Source: Terriglobales bacterium (GTDB taxonomy: Bacteria; Acidobacteriota; Terriglobia; Terriglobales; SCQP01). From it: a stretch of 64,000 nt of DNA. The DNA lies in assembly GCA_025451775.1 (NCBI GenBank), contig JANWJU010000081.1, forward strand, positions 11,696 to 75,695, in the 5' to 3' direction. Numbering within the stretch: the first letter of the stretch is position 1; every line of letters begins with the position of its first letter. Made by a program: the position numbers and the translations under genes. Shown here one piece after another: positions 8,875-18,733 of the stretch. The notes under the pieces are model-generated. The model had not been told where the DNA came from, did not search any database, and saw only the letters and a program-made list of their open reading frames with translations.

Positions 8875-11085
8875 TCAGTTTGTGATGGAGCTTACGGCGG
8901 TGCTGGAGGCGGGCTGGGCCGGGCGGATGAGGATGGGAATGCGGGGAAAGGCGAACTTCCCGGCGGCGGCATCAACCGCATTAACCTGGGCGAGATAGTA
9001 ACCAGGCTTGAGCTGATTCAACGGGATGTCGATCTGAATGACCGCGGCCTGGCGGCTGGGATCGGTGACCTTTTCCGTGGCCAGGAGCTGGCTCTCGTAG
9101 ACCTTCACCTTGCCGTGGAAGAAGGCCACGTTGGTCAGTAGGTTGATGGCATCGCCGGAGGCCTTGCCGACGATCTTGGGATCGTAGACCTCGTAGTAAA
9201 GGTACATGTGTTGGCCGGCGCTGAAGACGTGGTTGACGTCCATGACCAAGGTGCTGCCGGAAAGGGTCATGGGGTTGTTATCGTCGCGGCGGGCAGCGAT
9301 CAACTGACTGCCCACGAGTACGGGGCTCATCGCCAAATTGTGGGACGGCTTGGCCGCGTCAGCATCGATGTTGGGGATGGTGAGCACGGTTTCAAAGGCG
9401 CCCATCTGACCGGTCTGGTTCTCGCGGGCGGCGAAGCGGATCTGATACTTCTGCCCGGGCGCAAGTAGGAAGCCCGAGTTGAACTGGAGGTTTTTGTTCT
9501 GCAGTTGCTGCCCTGGGCCGGCAACGGCGGGCGTGAGCTTGATGGTTTGGGTGATGTGATCCAGCTTGCGGCCAGTCTGATCGATAACCTCGCCGGTGAT
9601 ATCAACTTCTGGCGTGGCCTTGGGGTTGACACCGTGGAGCGGGATTTCCGATCCGGGAATCACAATGGAAACGGGCACGTAATAGCGGAACGGGTTCAAA
9701 CGCAGGTAGCCGTCGGCAAGGTAGAGATCGAGGGAGTGATCGCTGACGTCGGCGTTGAGCTCGTCCTGAAGTTGCTGCTGGCGATCGGCGGTGTTGAGGT
9801 GGTTGATATCGCGAGGCGCGTAGTAGCCGGGACGGGCGGTGACGGCCACGCCAGGACGGGAGATCTTCACCTGGATTTTGCGGTACTTGCCGTCCTGGGC
9901 ATGGTCGGTGCTGGTATAGCCGACGAGGTAGTAGGAGCGGGTGTCCTGCTGGACCTTGGCATAAACGTCGCCGAAGTCGTTGCTATCGAGGAACGGCTTG
10001 CCGCCGGTGTCGGTGGAGAGGGTGGAGATCGTCTCCTGCTGCGCGAATTGGGAGTTGAAAGCGCTGGACTGGGCACCGCCGTTGAACGCGGATGCGCCAC
10101 GGACGCTGCCGCCGGTGGCGCCGCCACCGGGAGGCATGGCCTGCAGTCCCTGGGCATCGACGCTGTAGATGGCGGTATTGGCCTTCACGCAGGAGTTGAC
10201 GGCGGAGCGGAGGGTGATCTCGTTGTCGACACCCGAGCGCTGGATGCCGCTGGAGAAGTAGATCATCGACTTCTTCTGCTGAACGCCGGCGAGCATGTCG
10301 CACACCGATTGCATGGATTCAAGGCTGCGGTCGGCGTTGGCGACGTTGAACTCGGTATCGTCGGCGGTAAAGCTGTTGCCGTTGTCGGCAGTGCCGTCGG
10401 TGGTACCGTCGCCACCAGCGCCAAAGCCGCTGCTGGTGGCCGGATTCAGGGAGCGGAGCACGCGCATTAAGGAAGCCTTGTCGGCGGTAAAGTCCTGGTT
10501 GACCTGCAGGCTATCGCCCAAGGTGGTAATGGCGGCCAGATCGGCGGGCTGCATTTTGGTCTGCACGAACTTCTCCGCCTGCTCCATGACGTTCTGCACG
10601 TCTTCGGGCTGCATGGTGGTAAGGTCGAAGTACAACACGATCAGGCGGTGATCGCGGTACTGGGCGGCAGTGGCAGCGGCGGAGTTGGGCGCGGCGGCGG
10701 CCGGAGGCGCAGGGGCAGCTGCTTTTTTAGCCGCCGGGGAGCCGGCCTCGACCGTGCCGGCGGGGCCGGCTGCGGCGGCAGCCGAGGCGGTGGCGGGGGC
10801 GGCGTCAATGTTTTCGAAATCGAAGCTGGAGATGTGCTGGAGCTTGCCGTCCTCGTAGATCGAAATCTCGGAGGGCTTGAGGTCTTTCACCAGGTTACCG
10901 TTCTTGTCGCGAACGGTGAGATTGACCAGCACCAATTCGGTGGTCGCTTTGAAGGTGACAATGTTACCTTGGGCAGCGGGCTTGGCCGAACTATTGGCGG
11001 AGCCAGTGGTCTGGGCCACGGCCCAAGTGATCAGCCCAACCGTGCACAGCGCGATGGCGGACAGGAAGAGTGAACGGCGGCGCAT
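8875..11085 (-). CDS. Acidobacterial-type VWA-domain protein, secreted
   Basis: ELVLVNLTVRDKNG..VKDL; IYSVDAQGL; TDTGG; YYLVGY..DGKYRKI..V..RPGYYAP. Confidence 0.88.
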   Translation of the reverse strand: MRRRSLFLSAIALCTVGLITWAVAQTTGSANSSAKPAAQGNIVTFKATTELVLVNLTVRDKNGNLVKDLKPSEISIYEDGKLQHISSFDFENIDAAPATASAAAAAGPAGTVEAGSPAAKKAAAPAPPAAAAPNSAAATAAQYRDHRLIVLYFDLTTMQPEDVQNVMEQAEKFVQTKMQPADLAAITTLGDSLQVNQDFTADKASLMRVLRSLNPATSSGFGAGGDGTTDGTADNGNSFTADDTEFNVANADRSLESMQSVCDMLAGVQQKKSMIYFSSGIQRSGVDNEITLRSAVNSCVKANTAIYSVDAQGLQAMPPGGGATGGSVRGASAFNGGAQSSAFNSQFAQQETISTLSTDTGGKPFLDSNDFGDVYAKVQQDTRSYYLVGYTSTDHAQDGKYRKIQVKISRPGVAVTARPGYYAPRDINHLNTADRQQQLQDELNADVSDHSLDLYLADGYLRLNPFRYYVPVSIVIPGSEIPLHGVNPKATPEVDITGEVIDQTGRKLDHITQTIKLTPAVAGPGQQLQNKNLQFNSGFLLAPGQKYQIRFAARENQTGQMGAFETVLTIPNIDADAAKPSHNLAMSPVLVGSQLIAARRDDNNPMTLSGSTLVMDVNHVFSAGQHMYLYYEVYDPKIVGKASGDAINLLTNVAFFHGKVKVYESQLLATEKVTDPSRQAAVIQIDIPLNQLKPGYYLAQVNAVDAAAGKFAFPRIPILIRPAQPASSTAVSSITN

Positions 11086-11094
11086 GAGTGTCTC

Positions 11095-14000
11095 CTAATA
11101 GCGGAAGCGAGCCGAGAAGGTAATCTGGCGCGGCTGGCTGAAGCCGGCAACGCTGCCGAACGTGGGTGAGTTCAGATTGGTTTCGAGCCCTTGCCAGTTG
11201 GGGTGGTTGAGGGTGTTGGTGCTGTCGAAACGAATTTCCATGGAGCGGAACTCGCCCATGCGGAAACTCTTGCTCAACGACATATTGAGCGCAAGCTGAC
11301 CGGGTCCGATAATAATGTTGCGGCCGGCGTTGCCGTAGCCGCCGATGGCAGGGGCCACGAAGGCAGCACGGTTGAAGTAGCTGGTCAGGGTCGGGGCCGA
11401 CAAGGCCACCGCCTGGCCAGCGACGACATCGGCGCGCAAGGGGACGTTGACGCCGAGGGCTTGCAGGCCTTGGGCGTTGGAGGCGGCGTTGCTGACGGTG
11501 GGGGAGAAGGGCGAACCGGAACGGGCAGTGAAGCTCCCGCTGACTTGCCAGTCGCCCAGCGCCGAGCTCAAGAAGCTGGAGCTGTCGCCCCAATGATGGT
11601 TGAGGCCGTAGGGCAACTGCCATTCATAGCTGGCATTGAAGTTGTGGGTGACGTTGCCGCTGGAGAGCGCCCACTCGGCCTTCAGGTCTTGATCGTTTTG
11701 GGCGATGCTGCCATTGGCGCCACCACCGCCACCGATCTGGGAAGCGTCGTCCATCATCTTGGAATAGGTGTAGCTGGCGCGGAACGACACGCTTTGACTC
11801 ATGCGGCGGCTGACGGTCAGTGAGCCGCCATTGTATAGGGAGTTGCCGCCGGTGGTGTCGTACAAAAAGGCCGGAACGTTGGGAAATAACAAACCGGTGG
11901 CCGTGCGGTTGGGGGCGCGGAGCTGGTCGAGGTGCTCGCCGCGGGAACCGTTATAGTCGACTTGGATGACGTAGGCACGGCCCACTTGGCGCTGGAGGTC
12001 CAGGTTCCAGAGGTACGAGTAGCCAACGGCGTAGTCCGGGTTCACGCCGTAGGTATTGGTCACACCACTGGAGCCGGCAAAACCATTGGTGAGGCTGAGC
12101 GGCGTGGTCACAGTACCGAGGTTGGTCTGGGTCACGATGAAGGGCGACTGGTAGGCGAGCGCGGTGGCCATGTTGGCGTAGGCGCCGGTGTTATACGCCA
12201 TGCCGAAGCCGCCACGGACGATCATGTTGGCCCAGGATTTCCAGGCGAACCCGAGATCCGGCCGGACATGGCGGTAATCGGGTTTGATCACTGAATCGGA
12301 CACGCCACTTTGGCCGGCCACGACCGGAGTCACTGAGCTGAAATCGGGCGCGACGAGGAGGTTGGTGAGGCGGTTATTTTTCTCCGTGTAGGGAGAGATA
12401 TACTCCCAGCGCAGACCATAAGTGAGCGTGAACGAACCGCTGACCTGCCAGTTATCGTTGAAGAACAGGTCGGGTTCGACCTGGCGGAAATAGAACACGC
12501 CACCGCCATAGCGCTCCGAGGTCTGCTGCGGCATGCCGAGCAGGAAGTCGGCGAAATCGTAGCCGCTGTACTGGCCATCGAACGAGAAGGCGCCGTTGGG
12601 CGACTGGTCGGTTTCGGGGTTGTTCTGCAGCCAGCGGAAATCGCCGCCCAAGCGGAAATTATGCTTGCCCATGCGGCGGATCAGGCTGTCGCTCACCGAC
12701 CAGGTGTTGGAGCGGACAAAGTTGGGATGGGTATCGGAGAGGCCAGTGATGCCGGAGGTGCTAAAGGTCAGGCTGGGCAGCCCCCAATCGGTGGGGTTGG
12801 TGGACACCCCGGCAATGCCCACGGCGCCGGTGACGTTGGTGGAGTTGGCGTAGAGGTTGGTGAGGTCGGTGCGGTTGCGGTTGTAGTTAACCTGCAGAAT
12901 GTTGATCCAGCCCTTCATGGGCTGGGTATAGCCGAGGCCGGCGTTAATGCCGCGGGATTTGGTGAATCCTTCTTCGTAGGGGAAGAAGACGCCAGGGCGT
13001 TCGGCGTTGCCGCCGGAGTAGTTCAGGTTGAAGTTGAGGCTCTTGCCACGGCCAAAGCCGCCACGGCCGCCACCGCCGCCACGGCCGCCGCCGGCGCTGG
13101 AGGAACCAAAGCTATGGTTGAGGCGCAGCGAGAGGTTGTGGTTGGTGTTGAGCGAGTCGAGGGTGTTGCTGTAGTTGAAGCGTCCGGAAGAGCCGGGAGT
13201 GGGGAGCGGAATGTAGGCCAGCAGACCGGCGGCGGCGGCGGTGGGGGTGATGGAGTTGCCCGGAACAGGGTTGCCGGAGCTGTCCTTGATCACAACCGGA
13301 TGGCCCTGGGCGTCGGTGACGCCCTGGAAGTTGCCGCTGCGTTCGTTGAGCGTGGGCACCAGGGCGGTGACGTTGCTCAGGCTGGAGTCATGGGTGCCGG
13401 AGAACGATAGCGTGATATTGGTTTTGCCCTTGTCGTCGTAGATGTGGGGAATTTTGAAGGGGGTCGTGACGGTCGCCGAGTAGCGCTGATTGGCGGCGTT
13501 GGGAGGCGCGGTGGCGGTGGTCCCGGTAAGGGACATGGGGAGGGCGTTGAGAGCCGAGTCGCTCAAGGTATAGGAGAGGTTGCCGTGGGGCTGATTGAAG
13601 CGGTTGCTGAGCTGGCGGAAGTTGAAGCCGCCGCGGCCGCCGAAGCCACCGCCACCGCCGAAACCACCCCGGCCGCCACCGCCAAATCCGCCCCGGCCAC
13701 CGCCAGCGCCGCCGCCGGGACCACCCGGGCCGCCCGGCCCACCGGGCCCACCCGGGGCACCGGGACCGCCGGCATCGCGCAGGAAACCGGCGATGGCGTT
13801 GGCGTCCATGGGGCGATCATCCTGGCTGGCTTGGCCGGTAATGACAGTGGAATCGGTGGCGGTGGCGTCGGTCATGCCGGCAACGCCAGAGTTGGCAGCG
13901 AGGCTGGCGTCGTCGCCGGTGTCGGTGACCGCGCCGGTCTGGCTGATATCGAGGGACTGAAAGCTATTATCGGCGCTGGTATTCTGGCCGCCGCGGCCGC

Positions 14001-14556
14001 CGCGGCCGCCACGGCCGGCGGTGCGCACGGCGAGGCGGGGATTGGGGTTAGGCTGGGAGGCGGCGGCGCCGGGGGCAGCCGCACCACGGGGGAGCGGGGC
14101 GGCGCCACGTGACGCCGTCGCGGCGGGGGCGGCAGGCGCCGGAGAAGCAGGAGCGGTGGCGGTCAAGGCTAAAGCGATGGTGACCGGTGGGACCGGAGTG
14201 CCAGCGGTGGCGGGGACGACGACCTTGGCGTGGGCGACGGCGAAGGCTGCCATATCGGCGCTGATGTCAAACTCCCCGGGATGGCCGACGGTGGCGACGA
14301 AGACGCCACGGTCGTCGGTGGAGGTCACATACTTTTGCCCGCTGGCGGGATCGGTAAGGGTGACGGTGACGCCGGGCACGACCAAGCCGTCCACCGCCAC
14401 GGTCCCACTGACGCGTGCGGAGAAGGACGGCGCGGAGGCCTCAGCCGCGGCCGGGGCTTGTCCACGCGCCGGAACGACGACAAGGCTTCCGGCTAGGAAG
14501 CCGACGACCAAGAAAGCAGCCACGGCCAACGGGCGGTCGAGATGGTTATATTCCAT
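11095..14556 (-). CDS. TonB-dependent/Oar-like outer-membrane beta-barrel with N-terminal carboxypeptidase-regulatory-like domain
   Basis: Signal peptide; G-V..G..VPGVTVTL..TSTDDRG; FADFLLG, DNWQV..LTYGLRWE, GNAGRN; C-terminal PRQITFSARFRY. Confidence 0.88.
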   Translation of the reverse strand: MEYNHLDRPLAVAAFLVVGFLAGSLVVVPARGQAPAAAEASAPSFSARVSGTVAVDGLVVPGVTVTLTDPASGQKYVTSTDDRGVFVATVGHPGEFDISADMAAFAVAHAKVVVPATAGTPVPPVTIALALTATAPASPAPAAPAATASRGAAPLPRGAAAPGAAASQPNPNPRLAVRTAGRGGRGGRGGQNTSADNSFQSLDISQTGAVTDTGDDASLAANSGVAGMTDATATDSTVITGQASQDDRPMDANAIAGFLRDAGGPGAPGGPGGPGGPGGPGGGAGGGRGGFGGGGRGGFGGGGGFGGRGGFNFRQLSNRFNQPHGNLSYTLSDSALNALPMSLTGTTATAPPNAANQRYSATVTTPFKIPHIYDDKGKTNITLSFSGTHDSSLSNVTALVPTLNERSGNFQGVTDAQGHPVVIKDSSGNPVPGNSITPTAAAAGLLAYIPLPTPGSSGRFNYSNTLDSLNTNHNLSLRLNHSFGSSSAGGGRGGGGGRGGFGRGKSLNFNLNYSGGNAERPGVFFPYEEGFTKSRGINAGLGYTQPMKGWINILQVNYNRNRTDLTNLYANSTNVTGAVGIAGVSTNPTDWGLPSLTFSTSGITGLSDTHPNFVRSNTWSVSDSLIRRMGKHNFRLGGDFRWLQNNPETDQSPNGAFSFDGQYSGYDFADFLLGMPQQTSERYGGGVFYFRQVEPDLFFNDNWQVSGSFTLTYGLRWEYISPYTEKNNRLTNLLVAPDFSSVTPVVAGQSGVSDSVIKPDYRHVRPDLGFAWKSWANMIVRGGFGMAYNTGAYANMATALAYQSPFIVTQTNLGTVTTPLSLTNGFAGSSGVTNTYGVNPDYAVGYSYLWNLDLQRQVGRAYVIQVDYNGSRGEHLDQLRAPNRTATGLLFPNVPAFLYDTTGGNSLYNGGSLTVSRRMSQSVSFRASYTYSKMMDDASQIGGGGGANGSIAQNDQDLKAEWALSSGNVTHNFNASYEWQLPYGLNHHWGDSSSFLSSALGDWQVSGSFTARSGSPFSPTVSNAASNAQGLQALGVNVPLRADVVAGQAVALSAPTLTSYFNRAAFVAPAIGGYGNAGRNIIIGPGQLALNMSLSKSFRMGEFRSMEIRFDSTNTLNHPNWQGLETNLNSPTFGSVAGFSQPRQITFSARFRY

Positions 14557-14613
14557 TGCGTCAGTCCTAACAGGCCACCGTGGTGGAGCTTCGGCGCGCC
14601 GAGCTTGGATGGT

Positions 14614-14640
14614 AATACGTCCGCCGGGGCGGCAGGTTAC
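14614..14640 (-). promoter_or_regulatory. Putative ECF-sigma promoter for the barrel-VWA operon
   Basis: Minus strand GTAAC-N16-CGTATT matches the AAC/CGT ECF consensus about 60 nt upstream of ATG 14556. Confidence 0.45.
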
Positions 14641-14773
14641 GGAACCCGCCTGTTTTCAACCATGAACTGCGGCTCATGACGGAGGACAGCGGCGCGGCAT
14701 GAATGGCGCAACCAGGCCCGTGGAAGGCCCGTATAATGAGAGAAGTCTTGGGTGCCTGACCGGAAACTTCTCA

Positions 14774-17700
14774 ATGCAAGCCAATCTCCGTATGGCGGCG
14801 GCGCTGGCGGCCGTAGCATGTTTTGGCGCCTTCAGTTTCGGGACTGCGTTCACCACCGCGCAAACGGGGGCGCCGGCCGTCAACGCGGCGGCGACCCCGC
14901 CGCCGGCGCCTTTGGCGACGCCGGCGCAGCGGCTGGCGCAGGCGGTGCAGACGTTCACCGCCGCCGGGCGCGAGCCGGAAATAAATCTGCGCCAAGTGCA
15001 ACAGTTGGTGGCGCTGTACCGGGTGGCGGAGGCGACGGAGCTGGTCCCGCCCGCGGCGGCGCTGCAGGCGTTGGATCAGCTCAGCAGCGCGGTGCGCGGA
15101 GGCAACCCCGCCGAGGCGTTAATCGCCGCCGAAATCGATGACCAGCGCGCAAGGGACGAACTGCGAGCGGGCGATGGCGAGGCGGCGGCACGCATTTGGC
15201 GGCAGTTGGGCGAGGTCGAGAGTTGGCAGGCGGTGGGACCGTTTGACAATTCCAGCCCGGCCGCCATCGAAAAAGAAGAGGGTCCGGAGCATGGCGTGGA
15301 GCTACATGCGCACTACGCCGGCAAGCAGCGGCAGGTAGGGTGGCGGCGCATGCCGTTTGCAGCGCCGCAAGGGGTGCTGAATTTAGGCGCGTACCTCAAC
15401 CCCTCGGAGAGCGCCTCAGCCTATGTGGTGAGTTGGGTGCGCAGTCCCGCGGCGCAGGAGGTCGCGATACGGCTACGCGACAACGGGGCGACGCGGGTGT
15501 GGGTGAACGGCGGGTTGGTATTTGATGAACAGGCGGCGCATCCGAGCAGCGGGTTTGATGAGGATGCAGCCGGAGCGCGGTTGGAGGCAGGATGGAACGA
15601 GATCCTGGCCAAAACCGGGGGTACGGAATCGACGGATTGGCGCTTCAGCCTGCGCCTGACCACCCCTGCGGGCGCGCCCCTAGTCTTGGATGCCACGGCG
15701 ATGCCGCCCGCAGATATAGTGGCCAGAGTTCAGGCCGCGACAGCGCCGGCGGCGAGCGCCATCAGCGATTTGACGGCGCTGGCCCAGGCGGCGGCGAGCA
15801 GCAGTCCCAGCTACGAGTTGGATTATGCCTGGGTGCTCAACCAGAAGCACAACTTCAACACCGGCGGCCAGGATGACGCCAACGCCTTCATGGCGGCCAT
15901 CGCCGGACTTCCCAACGATGCGCAAGCGGTGTTGGATTTCGCCGCCCACGACAGCGACCAGAGCCGCCGCTACCGGTATCTGGACCAGTTGCTGACACGC
16001 GACCCTGGCAACGCCCAGGCGCACCGGATGCTGGGGTCGATCGAGCTGACACGCAACGAGTTCTGGCCCGCGCGGGAGCAGTTCCGTGCCGCGATGGGAC
16101 TCACCACCAGTCCCGACGCCAACGGGCTGGCGCCGCCGTCGGCGGCCGATATCGCGCGCGCGCCGTTGGCCGCGGTGGGCCTGCTCGGCACTTACCTGGG
16201 CACGGGCATCAGTCCGGAGGTGCTGGCGTGGGCGGCGGCGCTGCGTCAAGCGCATGTCACGAGCGCCTTGGTTGCTGGGCCGGTGGGCGCCGCGCTGCGC
16301 CGGGTGGGCGCGATCCACCCGGCACTGGAGTGGTTCGCGACGGCGCACGCCGATGACGCCGCAGACCTCGCGGTGAGCCTCCAGTTGGCGGACGTGCAGC
16401 GCCAAAGCGGCGATCTGGCGGCGGCCCTGGCCACGATTCGCCAAGCCACCGCACTGGCGGGCTCTCCACCAGCGCTGTTGGAGACCGAAGCCCGGGCCTA
16501 CAGTGGATTGGGCCGCGGACCCGAAGCGCTGGCCACCATCGAGCAGGCGGTGGCCGCCGCGCCCGACTCGCCCAATTTGCGCGTCGCCGCAGGCGAGATC
16601 GAGAGCCACTTCGGCCATCCCACCCTGGCCATCGCCGCTTGGCAGGCCGCGCTCAACCTCAACCCGCAGGACGCCGACCTGCGCGACCGGCTCCGCATTG
16701 GACGGGGCGGCGAGGCCGCGCAGGAGGCCAGCTTCGAGCGGCCCTACACCCAGGATGTGACCCAAGCCATCGCCGCCTTCAAAAAGGCCGCCAACCCCGG
16801 CCTGGAGAGCGGCCCGGTGACCGTGCTCGCCAACACCAACGTCACCAATATCTTTCCTTCCGGCAACATCGGCCGCTATGTGCAAGAGATCTTCCGCATC
16901 AACAACAGCAACGGCGCCGATTCACTGGCCTACTATCCGGTCACCTACGATCCGGCGACCGAGGACGTGCAATTTCTTACCGCTCGCGTGATTCACCCCG
17001 ATGGCACCAGTGCCGATGCCCCCAAGGCGGGGGACCAGCCGGTCAGTCAATCGGTGGGCTACGAAACCTTCTACGACGTCCGCAACAAGTTTGTGCAGAT
17101 GCCGCCCATGCGCGCGGGCGACTTCGTTGAGATCGCCTACCGCGTGCTGCCCACCACGCTGGAATCGCTCTACGGCGACTACTACGGCGACCTGGATTCG
17201 TTTGGCGGCCCGGCGCCGACGCAGTTCCAGCAGTACGTGGTGATCACGCCATCCAACAAGCCGCTGTACTTTAAAGCCATTCGTTTCGACGGCACCAGCG
17301 AGCAGCACACCGCCCAGGGCCAGACGGTGTACCGCTGGAGCGACCACAACCTACCTGCCCAAGTGCCCGAGCCCTCGGCCCCGCCCGAGATTGAGCGCTC
17401 ACCCTATATCGAAGTCAGCAGTTTCCAGACCTGGAATCAGTTCGGGGACTGGTACCGGCAACTCATCCGCGACACCTTTGTGATGGACAGCGAGATGGTG
17501 CAAACCGTCAATAGCCTGATCCAGGGTAAGACGACCGAGCAGGAGAAGGTTGATGCCATCTACCGCTGGGTGATCCAGAACACGCATTATGTGGCGCTGG
17601 AGTTCGGCATCCACGGCTACCGCCCCTACCCGGTAACGCAGGTGTTCCACCGCCGTTTCGGCGACTGCAAGGATAAGGCTTCACTGTTGATCGCGCTGCT

Positions 17701-18733
17701 GCATCAGGCCGGCATCCCGGCCGATTTCGTGCTGGTGCGCATCCGTGATCTGGGAGTGATCGACGCCACGATTCCGTCGGTGGCGGATTTCGACCACGCC
17801 ATCGTCTACGTGCCCAGCCTGCACCGGTACCTGGATGGCACGGCGGAGTACAACGGCGCCGACGAACTGCCGGCCGGCGACCAGCGGGCATTTGTACTGC
17901 GCCTGCCGGTGCTGGCCAATCCCGCGGCGGCGGAGACGCCCAGCGCGGCGCTGGGCCAGATGGGTGGGCCCTCGGCCGAGGCCGCCCCGGCGTTCCGCGC
18001 GCAGGCCAGTCAGGCGTCCGGGGCGCAAGCCGGGCTGGCGCCGGTGGTCACGCCCGATCAGCCGCCCGCCGACAACGTCATGACACGGGTGCTCAATGGA
18101 CAGCTCGAGGCCAACGGCGACCTGCACTTTGAAATGACCTGGACGCTGGAAGGCGAACATGCTCCCGTGTTCCGGCAGGCGCTGGAACTGCCCGACCGGC
18201 AGGCGGGCGCGGTGCAAGCCATGCTGCACACGCGGCTGCCCGGGATCAACATCACCGGCGCCACGGTGACCAACGAAAGCGATTGGGACGACCCCATCGA
18301 GGTCAAGCTGGTGGGCGTGATCCCGCGGTTCGCCACCGTCAACGGCACCACACTGCTCATCCCACGCCAGATCGTACCGCAACAATGGCTGCCCGAGATG
18401 GCATCGTTGGCGCAACGCAGTGAGGACCTGCTCACCGGCCCGCCGCAGATTCTGAGCGAAGAAATGCACCTAGCCTTGCCACCCGGATACCAGGTGGCGG
18501 CGCTGCCGGCACCGACGCAGCAGAATGAACCGTTTGCCAGCTTCGCCGCCGCGGCCGCGATGAACGGCGGCACGCTGACGCTGCGCAGCCGCGTGGTCAC
18601 CAAGCAGTCGTTGATCACGCCGGCCGAGTACGGGCGGTTCCGGAGTTTCTGGTCCCAGGTGGATGCCACCCTGGGCCGTCCGTTGGCCAGCGTGCCCACG
18701 GCGGGCGCGCCCGCGAACGGAGGCGGACAATGA
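14774..18733 (+). CDS. Secreted TPR + DUF3857 + transglutaminase-like protein with intact catalytic triad
   Basis: Start chosen downstream of TATAAT 14732-14737; WQAVGPF domain; TPRs; GDCKDKA...FDHAIVY...YLDGT Cys-His-Asp triad. Confidence 0.85.
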   Translation: MQANLRMAAALAAVACFGAFSFGTAFTTAQTGAPAVNAAATPPPAPLATPAQRLAQAVQTFTAAGREPEINLRQVQQLVALYRVAEATELVPPAAALQALDQLSSAVRGGNPAEALIAAEIDDQRARDELRAGDGEAAARIWRQLGEVESWQAVGPFDNSSPAAIEKEEGPEHGVELHAHYAGKQRQVGWRRMPFAAPQGVLNLGAYLNPSESASAYVVSWVRSPAAQEVAIRLRDNGATRVWVNGGLVFDEQAAHPSSGFDEDAAGARLEAGWNEILAKTGGTESTDWRFSLRLTTPAGAPLVLDATAMPPADIVARVQAATAPAASAISDLTALAQAAASSSPSYELDYAWVLNQKHNFNTGGQDDANAFMAAIAGLPNDAQAVLDFAAHDSDQSRRYRYLDQLLTRDPGNAQAHRMLGSIELTRNEFWPAREQFRAAMGLTTSPDANGLAPPSAADIARAPLAAVGLLGTYLGTGISPEVLAWAAALRQAHVTSALVAGPVGAALRRVGAIHPALEWFATAHADDAADLAVSLQLADVQRQSGDLAAALATIRQATALAGSPPALLETEARAYSGLGRGPEALATIEQAVAAAPDSPNLRVAAGEIESHFGHPTLAIAAWQAALNLNPQDADLRDRLRIGRGGEAAQEASFERPYTQDVTQAIAAFKKAANPGLESGPVTVLANTNVTNIFPSGNIGRYVQEIFRINNSNGADSLAYYPVTYDPATEDVQFLTARVIHPDGTSADAPKAGDQPVSQSVGYETFYDVRNKFVQMPPMRAGDFVEIAYRVLPTTLESLYGDYYGDLDSFGGPAPTQFQQYVVITPSNKPLYFKAIRFDGTSEQHTAQGQTVYRWSDHNLPAQVPEPSAPPEIERSPYIEVSSFQTWNQFGDWYRQLIRDTFVMDSEMVQTVNSLIQGKTTEQEKVDAIYRWVIQNTHYVALEFGIHGYRPYPVTQVFHRRFGDCKDKASLLIALLHQAGIPADFVLVRIRDLGVIDATIPSVADFDHAIVYVPSLHRYLDGTAEYNGADELPAGDQRAFVLRLPVLANPAAAETPSAALGQMGGPSAEAAPAFRAQASQASGAQAGLAPVVTPDQPPADNVMTRVLNGQLEANGDLHFEMTWTLEGEHAPVFRQALELPDRQAGAVQAMLHTRLPGINITGATVTNESDWDDPIEVKLVGVIPRFATVNGTTLLIPRQIVPQQWLPEMASLAQRSEDLLTGPPQILSEEMHLALPPGYQVAALPAPTQQNEPFASFAAAAAMNGGTLTLRSRVVTKQSLITPAEYGRFRSFWSQVDATLGRPLASVPTAGAPANGGGQ

